A stretch of DNA of 64,000 bases from the IMG/VR virus record IMGVR_UViG_3300049052_000033, positions 8,365-72,364 of that record. One strand, given 5' to 3'. This stretch comes from a virus (taxonomy: Duplodnaviria > Caudoviricetes). Made by a program: the position numbers and the translations under genes. The notes below the pieces were generated by a model that saw nothing but the letters and a program-made list of their open reading frames with translations, was not told the DNA's origin and did not search any database. Of the stretch, positions 57,078 to 64,000 are shown in pieces (the first letter of the stretch is position 1; every line of letters starts with the position of its first letter).

Positions 57078-57877
57078 CCGCCTTGCGGACCGCGCGGGCC
57101 TCGGTCGACATGTCGACCGCGCCGGATAGCGCCTGGCTGGCACCACACCCCGGCCTGGGCATTTCGATGATGGACCACCTGTACAACCGCATGGAAGGTG
57201 CCTACCTCGACCGCTGGCGCCGCAACTTCCCGGACGCGCAATCCATCGACAACTGGCGCGAGAGCTGGGCGGAAGCCTTTGACGAGGCGGGTGTGGTGCC
57301 GGCCGAAGTGAAGGACGCCATCCGCCTGATGCGCGCGCGGTTTGGCTGGCCCCCGACCATCGCGGAATTCCTGACCCTGTGCAAGCCCTCGATGGACGCC
57401 CAGCTGGCCTACCACGAAGCGGTTGCCGGTTTGATGGAGCGCAGGGCAGGGCGCATGGGCACCTGGTCCTCCCCGGCCATTTTCTGGGCAGCCCAGCCAC
57501 TGCGTGGCGACCTGCTGTTGCAGACCTACGAGCAGGTCAAGGTGCGCTGGGAAAAGGCGCTGAACGAACAGATGACCAAGGGTGGCCATGCGCCGATCCC
57601 CGAACCGCGACTGGAGCTGCCGGCACCAGGTAAGACAACGATCACGCGAGAGGAAGCCGCCAAGCGACTCGCCAGCCTGCGTGTCGAAGGCATTTTCAAA
57701 CGGCCCGGCGCCGGCGACGGCCGGCTGTGGGCGAAGCGAATTCTGGAGCGGCATGTGGCTGGTGACAAGACAGTCACTCCCCTGCAGCTCCGTGAAGCAA
57801 CCCTTGCACTGCAAAGCGCAATTGACGACAGCAACCATGAACCACAACCAGACCAAGGAGAATCAAATGAGCAATGA
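57074..57877 (+). CDS. Replication protein P-like / helicase loader
   Basis: GTGA overlap with initiator; WPPTIAEFL.LC motif. Confidence 0.65.
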   Translation: MTALRTARASVDMSTAPDSAWLAPHPGLGISMMDHLYNRMEGAYLDRWRRNFPDAQSIDNWRESWAEAFDEAGVVPAEVKDAIRLMRARFGWPPTIAEFLTLCKPSMDAQLAYHEAVAGLMERRAGRMGTWSSPAIFWAAQPLRGDLLLQTYEQVKVRWEKALNEQMTKGGHAPIPEPRLELPAPGKTTITREEAAKRLASLRVEGIFKRPGAGDGRLWAKRILERHVAGDKTVTPLQLREATLALQSAIDDSNHEPQPDQGESNEQ

Positions 57878-58124
57878 GACGATGACCGCCCTGAACCCAA
57901 ACCGCCTGATGGACGCCGTAATTGACAAGCTGCAGTTGAAAAACGACGCCGCCCTGTCGCATGCACTGGAAGTGGCGCCGCCCGTCATCAGCAAGATTCG
58001 CCACAACCGCCTGCCGGTAGGTGCCAGCCTGATGGTCCGCATTCACGAAATTGCCGGCATGTCGTTCCCGGACATGCACCAGCTGCTGGGGACCGTCGGC
58101 TACAAGCCGTATGCAGCTGTGTGA
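57867..58124 (+). CDS. Small XRE-like HTH protein
   Basis: LKNDAALSHALEVAPPVISKIRHNRLPVGAS; AAGGAG RBS. Confidence 0.8.
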   Translation: MSNETMTALNPNRLMDAVIDKLQLKNDAALSHALEVAPPVISKIRHNRLPVGASLMVRIHEIAGMSFPDMHQLLGTVGYKPYAAV

Positions 58125-58371
58125 CTGGTGCCTGGCACTTGGGGGCAGGTTTCATGCCGCCCGCGAGTGCTGCCAGATACGGATGCTTGCCGGCGCCCCG
58201 TACCAGGCGCGCCTGCAGGCCTACGATCAGGCCCGTCGCGAAGGTGGGCCCAAAGGACTGCAGGAATTGAAGGCCAAGGTGAAGGCCGAGCACGAACGAC
58301 AGAACGTAAACCGCGTCGCCCTGGCTAAAGCGGCCATGGCGAAGCTCAAAGAACTGACGAAAGCGAAGTGA
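58111..58371 (+). CDS. Small Cys-containing protein
   Basis: CDWC...ECC; overlaps neighbours. Confidence 0.5.
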   Translation: MQLCDWCLALGGRFHAARECCQIRMLAGAPYQARLQAYDQARREGGPKGLQELKAKVKAEHERQNVNRVALAKAAMAKLKELTKAK

Positions 58372-58913
58372 ACATGGGACAGAAACGACATGGCGGCAAC
58401 GCCAGCAAAGCACGCCGCAAGAAGGCCTACCGTCCACGCGCCGCGTTGCCCGGCGGTGGGCTGCAGGTGCTGGTGAACTGCGAAGACCGCTTCCGCAAAC
58501 GCGAGTGGGAACGCAAGCTCAATAGCCCGTATGACCCCGAAAATCTGACCGACCTCGGCACCGCCTACTGGGCTGCTTTCGAACAGCTGAAACTGCATGC
58601 GGCGACCGAAGACGCCTGGGCGCAGGTTTGCGTGGCGTCCAACTGGGGCATGCTGCTGTGCGAACAGGTGTTCGATGACGACTATCTGGACACCTTCGTG
58701 ACTGCGCAGGAAGCGCTCTTTCGCGCCAAGCAACGCGGCGATGCCAGCGGCAGCTTCCGGCTGGACGGGGAGGGGCTGAAAGCGGTCAGTACCATGCTGC
58801 AGGTGCACGACGAGCAGATGAAGCTGGTCACGCCGGCCGACCTGATGCGGGCCAACGACACGATGCAGCAGCGCTTCGCCGATGGCCACGTGTACAGCAC
58901 TGCCACCGCCTGA
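58368..58913 (+). CDS. Hypothetical phage protein (181 aa)
   Basis: Basic N-terminus, helical core. Confidence 0.65.
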   Translation: MNMGQKRHGGNASKARRKKAYRPRAALPGGGLQVLVNCEDRFRKREWERKLNSPYDPENLTDLGTAYWAAFEQLKLHAATEDAWAQVCVASNWGMLLCEQVFDDDYLDTFVTAQEALFRAKQRGDASGSFRLDGEGLKAVSTMLQVHDEQMKLVTPADLMRANDTMQQRFADGHVYSTATA

Positions 58914-58935
58914 CCCCACCACACGAGGAGCACAC

Positions 58936-59292
58936 ATGCGATTCCCAGAACGGAACTCCCGCGGCGAGAAGATCCTGCAAGCGTTCTTCGCGCGCGGCCC
59001 GATGACCATTTACCAGGGCGAGGAAGCGCATGGCTCCTTCGCCACCCCCAGCTTCCCCGATGGCATCGAGCATGAACGCTTGGTCGCGCTGTATTGCGAC
59101 CTGGTCGACCGTGGCTGCCTGATCCGCGAGGGCATCAAGTATCGCCTGTCGCTGGCCGCCCAGCACCGCATGGAGAAGGCCAAGAGTGAGAGCGAGCCGC
59201 TGTCGATCGTACCGCCGCGCATTCGTGACTTCTTCGCCAAGCCGCTCCGCATCGGCTATTCTCCCGGGCTGCCGTGGCGCCTTGCACTGTAA
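58936..59292 (+). CDS. Hypothetical protein (118 aa)
   Basis: GAGGAG RBS. Confidence 0.65.
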   Translation: MRFPERNSRGEKILQAFFARGPMTIYQGEEAHGSFATPSFPDGIEHERLVALYCDLVDRGCLIREGIKYRLSLAAQHRMEKAKSESEPLSIVPPRIRDFFAKPLRIGYSPGLPWRLAL

Positions 59293-59298
59293 GCGACC

Positions 59299-59333
59299 TA
59301 AATTCCAAGTTTCTGCGGATTCGCTCTTAGACT
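59299..59333 (+). promoter_or_regulatory. Conserved phage promoter copy 6 (TAAATTCCAAGTTTC-N14-TAGACT)
   Basis: 13/15 match; same spacing; precedes Q-like gene. Confidence 0.6.
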
Positions 59334-59363
59334 GCCTCCCGACATGACCGGGAGAACGTCTAC

Positions 59364-59822
59364 ATGAAGAAATACGATCCGATTGCCGAGTATTGCAAGG
59401 AATGGGTGCGCTGGCTCCAGACACGCCGCTTCTACGGCCCACGCCCAGCGCGCAGCACCCTGGCACGCCTGCAGCCGTCCAAGAGCGCCGGGCAGGAACC
59501 CAATGCACGCAACCATCCCGGCATGCAGTATTTCAACATGGCGATTCACACGCTGGCCGACATGCCCGAATGGAAACGCGAGTGGCCAGCGTTTCAAGCG
59601 CACTACCTGGGCGCCGGACTGCCGGCCAAAACGGCCGCCGACAACCTCGGTATCGGGCGCCGCACCTACTACGACCACATCAAGCGATTCTCCGACGCGG
59701 CCTACAGCATGGCGCACAGCATCATGCGCGTGCAGGAGCAGATGACGCCCGCCAATGCCGAGGAACGCCTGGCGGCGGATACCGCGAACGACGACAACTA
59801 CGTACCGGCACCAGGTGCCTGA
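59364..59822 (+). CDS. Q-like/late transcriptional regulator with C-terminal HTH
   Basis: W.RW N-terminus and KTAADNLGIGRRTYYDHI HTH; position at end of early-right arm. Confidence 0.55.
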   Translation: MKKYDPIAEYCKEWVRWLQTRRFYGPRPARSTLARLQPSKSAGQEPNARNHPGMQYFNMAIHTLADMPEWKREWPAFQAHYLGAGLPAKTAADNLGIGRRTYYDHIKRFSDAAYSMAHSIMRVQEQMTPANAEERLAADTANDDNYVPAPGA

Positions 59823-59867
59823 CCTCCCGGTCAGCCTGAAGCCGCAAATCGTCGCCCGTGAGCCCGC

Positions 59868-60947
59868 ATGCCCTACACACTGTTCAAGGTCGGTAAGGTC
59901 TACCACTACCGCTTCCAGGTCAAGCCCTTTAATCGGGTGCAACGCAGTACGCGCGAGCGCCATCACGGCCGCGCCGATGCCGTAGCGCGCCGAGCCTACG
60001 ACGATGCGGTCCTGCGCTCCAATGGCGGCGAGCCGGTACCGACCCTGCGCCAGCTCGCTGCCGACTGGCAGGCCTTGCATAGGCCGCCGGCGATCAGCTC
60101 CGCCCATGCGCGCAGCGTCGACGTATTCATCCGCCTGCACATGGAACCCCTGGCTGACTTGCCGCTGAACCAACTGAGCACCGACGTGGTGGAGCGCGCC
60201 CGCAATGCGCACCTGACCACCCACGCCCCGGCCACCGCCAACCACTGGCTGCGCATCCTCAAGCTGCTGGTCAACTGGGGCGTGCGGCGCAACATGCTGC
60301 CGCGCCTACCATGGAAAGTGCCCATGTTGAAAGTGCAAAAGCGGCCGCGCGCCGTGCTGCCGCTGGCCACCGCCATGACGTGGTTCGCCGCGCTCGACCA
60401 TGCCAGCCGCCGCACGCCCGGGGTCGCCCGAGCCGTGCGCCTCATGTTCGGGATCGGATTGCGCGAAATGGAGGCAGCCGGCGCCCGCTGGGAGTGGTTC
60501 GACTGGGAGCGCGCCACGTACACCCCGGGCGAAACCAAAGGCCGCGAAGCCGAACCGGTGCCGGTCCCCGACTGGTTGCTGGATTACCTTGCACCGCTGC
60601 GTCAAGTGGAAGGGCTGGTCGCGCCGCGCGCCAACGGTCGCCAGCTGCCGATCGGCTATGCCCGCCACGCCATGCAGGCCGCCAACGCCAAATGCCTGAC
60701 CAAGGGCATCACGCCGCACCGCCTGCGCGGCACGTTCGCCACGCTGTTGTCAGAGCAGGGGGTGCCGGTCCAGACCATTCAGGCGATCCTGCGCCACAAG
60801 AGCCCCCTGACCACGATGGCTTACCTAGAAAAGAACATGGAAACCGCCGCACGCGGCCAGCGCGGCATTGCCGACAAGACCGGGCTGGCGCGGCGCAAAA
60901 GTGGCGAACAGCACCCGGCAAACCCGCATGAACACACAACTTCGTGA
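59868..60947 (+). CDS. Tyrosine recombinase/integrase with arm-binding-like N-terminus
   Basis: YHYRF...QRST N-domain; GLREME, TKG, HRLRGTF, HKSPLTT.AY. Confidence 0.85.
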   Translation: MPYTLFKVGKVYHYRFQVKPFNRVQRSTRERHHGRADAVARRAYDDAVLRSNGGEPVPTLRQLAADWQALHRPPAISSAHARSVDVFIRLHMEPLADLPLNQLSTDVVERARNAHLTTHAPATANHWLRILKLLVNWGVRRNMLPRLPWKVPMLKVQKRPRAVLPLATAMTWFAALDHASRRTPGVARAVRLMFGIGLREMEAAGARWEWFDWERATYTPGETKGREAEPVPVPDWLLDYLAPLRQVEGLVAPRANGRQLPIGYARHAMQAANAKCLTKGITPHRLRGTFATLLSEQGVPVQTIQAILRHKSPLTTMAYLEKNMETAARGQRGIADKTGLARRKSGEQHPANPHEHTTS

Positions 60948-60976
60948 TTATCAACAGTCATCCGTGAGAAAAACGC

Positions 60977-61705
60977 ATGAGTCATAGCAAACTGACACAA
61001 TGGGCCCTGACGCAAGGGCGGTTGCAGCCGGCAAAACTGGGCCATCGGCAACCGCTCGCGCGGGCAATTTCGCACTGTTTCACGGCCGTGGCGCCGCCGG
61101 CACTGGAGCAGTTGGGCCGGAAAATGCGCGATGCGGAAAAATTCCGAGCAATCAAAGAGTTAAACGATTCCGCACACCATGGCGCGCATGCCTTCCGGTT
61201 GATGATTTTGAAGGCGCGAAGCACTGGGAAAACGACCCATTGGCGGACGTTGCTGGAGCGGTTGCAGAACCATGGTTACAGGCCAGAGTCTTTCGCGACT
61301 ACCGCTGCAACCATTGCAACCTATGCAAGCCACGCCACCATCCCGACCCCGCAGTGGGCTCAGGCGCAGTTCGATCGCGTCGCCCGTACTTTCGGCGTCG
61401 ATCCTGCCGGCGGCAACGACCACAGCGCATGGAGTGTTCTGGTGGCGGAGGGCGACGGCGATGCCCGCACGTGGCGATCGCTGCACGACAGCGGGCCGAT
61501 GCGCGCGTACCGCGACGCCCTTATGACCGGCACCGGCAGCAATGTGCAGCACTACCCACAACAAGACGACCAGACCCGCTATCACCGCAAGCAGGTCACT
61601 CCCCGGCTGAATCCAGACCGCCTCTGGAGGGATTTGCCGGACCGTGACTGCGCCGGGCGCATGACCATCACCCTGCCGTCACGCCGCCAGCGACTGGACT
61701 GGTGA
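60977..61705 (+). CDS. Hypothetical protein (242 aa)
   Basis: Clean ORF; contains ILKARSTGKTT P-loop-like segment. Confidence 0.55.
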   Translation: MSHSKLTQWALTQGRLQPAKLGHRQPLARAISHCFTAVAPPALEQLGRKMRDAEKFRAIKELNDSAHHGAHAFRLMILKARSTGKTTHWRTLLERLQNHGYRPESFATTAATIATYASHATIPTPQWAQAQFDRVARTFGVDPAGGNDHSAWSVLVAEGDGDARTWRSLHDSGPMRAYRDALMTGTGSNVQHYPQQDDQTRYHRKQVTPRLNPDRLWRDLPDRDCAGRMTITLPSRRQRLDW

Positions 61706-61760
61706 CGCACGCACACCCACGCCACATGGCCCCAACCATCTCAGAACGAAAGGCTTATCC

Positions 61761-62135
61761 ATGTTCCCACCCGACTACTGGTCGCGCCTGAACCACGCTA
61801 TCACCCAGTTCGACATGCATTTGCGGCGCAGGCTAAACAAGCGGCCGCAACCGCCACGCCCCACCCATGTGGCCAACCCGGTGCACGTCCACGCTGCACG
61901 CATCCTGAAAATTTCCGACGTGACGCGCCGTGACCCGGGTTGCGGCCAAAGTTCGCCCGACCTGGTCCTGCTGCTGGACGACGGCCGCGAGTTCAGCGCC
62001 GGCGCCGGCATGACAGCCCGCCACATTCCCCAGCTGGGCGACTACCTGGTGACGCAAGAGGATGGCTACACATACCTGAACCCTGCAGCCGTGTTCGACC
62101 GCAAGTACTCGCCGATCGCACAGGCAACGGCGTGA
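61761..62135 (+). CDS. Hypothetical phage protein
   Basis: AAGG RBS; GDYLV...DGY.Y..PA..F..KY motif. Confidence 0.7.
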   Translation: MFPPDYWSRLNHAITQFDMHLRRRLNKRPQPPRPTHVANPVHVHAARILKISDVTRRDPGCGQSSPDLVLLLDDGREFSAGAGMTARHIPQLGDYLVTQEDGYTYLNPAAVFDRKYSPIAQATA

Positions 62136-62341
62136 CGCCATCATCCTCGGGCCTGTCCCAGTTGTTCGACGCCGTCATGCGCGCCAGCAGCGTGCAGTCG
62201 CAGGTCGGCAATCGCGTGCGCGCCGCTGAGACCGAGGCAGCGCGCTTGCAGGCGATGGCGAGTGACAGCGGTGCGCTGCCGGGCGAGTTCAAGCTGACGT
62301 GGCGCTATCGCCGTGGCCGCGGTGCCTGGCCTACCCTTTAA
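62132..62341 (+). CDS. Small hypothetical protein
   Basis: GTGA overlap. Confidence 0.45.
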   Translation: MTPSSSGLSQLFDAVMRASSVQSQVGNRVRAAETEAARLQAMASDSGALPGEFKLTWRYRRGRGAWPTL

Positions 62342-62360
62342 ACCAAATTGGAGCACTCCC

Positions 62361-62900
62361 ATGTTTTTTGCCATCCCCGGCATTCCCCTCGCAGTGGCTG
62401 CCAGCGCGCGTCGTCAGCCACCAGCGTCCATGCAGCCCACCAGCCAACTTGCCGGCGCCCAGCTGGCCTACTGGACCGCGCGCGCTGACGGAATCGCCGC
62501 CGAGAAGCTGCACCTGCAGCAGGTCCCTCGCACCGACCAGGCCATTTGCGTACTGACCCACAACGGCGTCGTGACCGCCTACGATCCGATCGCCAATCCG
62601 TTGATCGCTACACCCATCCTGCAGCGCGAACAGTTCGGGCTCGCTTTCCTGCTTGGCGAATGGTGCGCGTTCCACCCCGAGCGCGATGCCGACTGCGTGC
62701 AGATTACGCGCCGCTATTGCCCCGATGGTGGCTGGATCACCGCGGCGCGCCATCACGCCGATGGGCGGGGGCCCGACCTTGCCACGGCAGCCATGCGTGC
62801 CTTGGTCGCCAAGCGCTTTGGAAACGAAGTACCAGTCATTCTGCTGAGCGACACAGGAACGGCGTCGAGCGCTGAGGGGAGTAACATCAGGGGCACCTGA
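62361..62900 (+). CDS. NinX/DUF2591-like protein
   Basis: L.GAQL.YW.ARA.G...YDP......PI......G....TAAMRA.VA..FG.EV; GGAG RBS. Confidence 0.6.
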   Translation: MFFAIPGIPLAVAASARRQPPASMQPTSQLAGAQLAYWTARADGIAAEKLHLQQVPRTDQAICVLTHNGVVTAYDPIANPLIATPILQREQFGLAFLLGEWCAFHPERDADCVQITRRYCPDGGWITAARHHADGRGPDLATAAMRALVAKRFGNEVPVILLSDTGTASSAEGSNIRGT

Positions 62901-62922
62901 TCCGAAGCGAATCGTCAGCCCG

Positions 62923-63612
62923 ATGCCGGAACCAAAAAAGCTGCCAAGTAAGCGGGTGCCTGTCGCCGCGAGCCCCGCCCTTGCCGATCTGTCGCCCATG
63001 CTGCTAAGCGAGAGGACTGCTGCCCCAAGGGACGAAGGCGACTACTTTGCCGAAGTCAAATATGATGGATACCGGGTCCTAGCCGAATTCGGCGATGGTC
63101 GTTGTGTGCTCAAAACACGTAACGGGGCCAACTGTTCCACCTGGTTCCCCGAAGTGACGCAATCGCTGGCCAGCGTAACGTGCGCGCGGACCGTCATCGA
63201 TGGCGAGGTATGTGTATTGGACGATCTGGGCCGTACCGACTTCGAAGCCTTGCAAGCGCGGGCCCGGCGCCGACGATGGACGCCCGGCGCCCCATCCGTG
63301 ACATTCTGCGCTTTCGACGTTTTGATTGCTGGTGAACGCAACGTCATGAACCTGCCATTGCGCGAGCGCAAAGCCGTGCTGACAAGGATTTTCGCCGCGC
63401 CCCCGCAGTTTGTGCTGGTGGTGGGCTACTTCGACGTGAGCATGCATCCCAGGCCATTGACCTGGCTGTATGAACAGGCCAAAAGTCTGCAGCTAGAAGG
63501 CATCGTCGGTAAAAAAGCCGACTCACTTTATGTGCCCGGGCAGCGTTCCAGCGACTGGTTCAAGTGGAAGCGCCCCGGCGCCATTCCCCCGCAGCGCTTC
63601 CAGCGCCGCTGA
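62923..63612 (+). CDS. ATP-dependent DNA ligase (LigD ligase-domain-like)
   Basis: EVKYDGYR (motif I), IDGEV, FDVL, EGIVGK, Y.PG.RS..W.K.K. Confidence 0.88.
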   Translation: MPEPKKLPSKRVPVAASPALADLSPMLLSERTAAPRDEGDYFAEVKYDGYRVLAEFGDGRCVLKTRNGANCSTWFPEVTQSLASVTCARTVIDGEVCVLDDLGRTDFEALQARARRRRWTPGAPSVTFCAFDVLIAGERNVMNLPLRERKAVLTRIFAAPPQFVLVVGYFDVSMHPRPLTWLYEQAKSLQLEGIVGKKADSLYVPGQRSSDWFKWKRPGAIPPQRFQRR

Positions 63613-63810
63613 TTGCTCCAGAGGCCTTGCGGTGGCGGCGCGTATTCGGCCCGGTGGACGGTTCTTTTCCAGCACGCGCGCGATGACGTCGATCGAGCAG
63701 CCACGCTGATACAGGAACTCGGCCGCCTTCGGTCGCGTCGTTTCATTGGCCATCTGGATCGCCTGATCCACCAGGCTAGCCATTGTTTCGTTTGGTCGGT
63801 TCGGGTCCAT
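63523..63810 (-). CDS. Small hypothetical protein
   Basis: GGAG RBS; overlaps ligase 3' end by 90 bp, so real stop/function uncertain. Confidence 0.4.
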   Translation of the reverse strand: MDPNRPNETMASLVDQAIQMANETTRPKAAEFLYQRGCSIDVIARVLEKNRPPGRIRAATARPLEQSAALEALRGNGAGALPLEPVAGTLPGHIK

Positions 63811-63948
63811 ATCTCCCTCCTGGCTTCACATTAGCGCGCGGGTCACCGGTCGCTTTGTGCCAGATCAAACTGCCCGGCGGCCGGCAAGTTTCTGGAATTG
63901 CAAGAATTGATATAAACTTGATGCAAAGTAACTACTGGAGTGTTCCGC

Positions 63949-64000
63949 GTGAAGTTTCGTTCCGTCGCTGGCCGCATGGCCGCCGCCTCTCTGGCTTTGA
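63949..64000 (+). CDS. 5' fragment of probable exported protein, truncated by window edge
   Basis: GGAG RBS, GTG AAG TTT CGT..., signal-peptide-like start. Confidence 0.4.
   Translation, partial: MKFRSVAGRMAAASLAL

Larger units (their letters stand above)
1..64000. mobile_element. Temperate podovirus-like phage, probably a phage-plasmid (both ends outside the window)
   Basis: Continuous phage gene content (portal, capsid, tail, lysis, cI/cro/cII) plus Rep/ParAB/resolvase block; no host core genes, tRNA or att junction seen. Confidence 0.88.

Noticed and set aside
59823-60976. attP/attL next to the arm-type integrase
   Set aside because: Flanking intergenic gaps are under 50 bp, with no tRNA fragment or core repeat visible
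63883-63916. Seventh copy of the promoter motif (GGCAAGTTTC...)
   Set aside because: Only CAAGTTT matches and no -10 hexamer at the 14-nt spacing
1-64000. tRNA or rRNA genes; terminase genes
   Set aside because: None recognised by eye; terminase presumably lies upstream of the truncated portal

Overview
The whole 64 kb window reads as one temperate, podovirus-like phage genome with no host housekeeping genes. It opens inside the portal gene, and the terminase is not in view. 1-30.4 kb (+) is the virion module: portal, scaffold, N4-gp56-type major capsid, adaptors, two paralogous fibres, an S74-chaperoned fibre with a gp38-like adhesin, a holin/GH19 endolysin/Rz/embedded Rz1 lysis cassette, nozzle, DUF1983 tail tip, an AspH-like oxygenase plus GNAT, and ejection proteins ending in a 3418-aa polyvalent protein. 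30.5-41.5 kb (mostly -) is an early/accessory arm with a C5 methyltransferase, H-NS, a HEPN-like moron, single-gene cassettes and a PRTase+SLOG pair. 41.6-47.5 kb is a complete plasmid-maintenance block (tyrosine resolvase with a 12-6-12 site, ColE2-type primase Rep with a predicted antisense RNA, ParAB, repeated palindromes), so the element is most likely a phage-plasmid. 49.9-53.7 kb is an unusual control region: an LqsR/JqsR-like response regulator with Glu at the phospho-acceptor position, an AHL-type LuxR solo, a small ORF resembling the repressor C-terminus, a peptidase-less cI, cro and cII. 54-64 kb (+) is a lambdoid early-right arm (PAPS-reductase-like, adenine methyltransferase, initiator/loader, Q-like, arm-type integrase, ATP-dependent ligase). 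Reading the DNA also revealed six copies of a 15-bp motif, each exactly 14 nt upstream of a -10-like hexamer, and four TACAA/TTCAA-N7-TTGWA operators. The host is probably a betaproteobacterium of the Oxalobacteraceae (inference only). All protein calls come from motif recognition by eye; no database searches were run.
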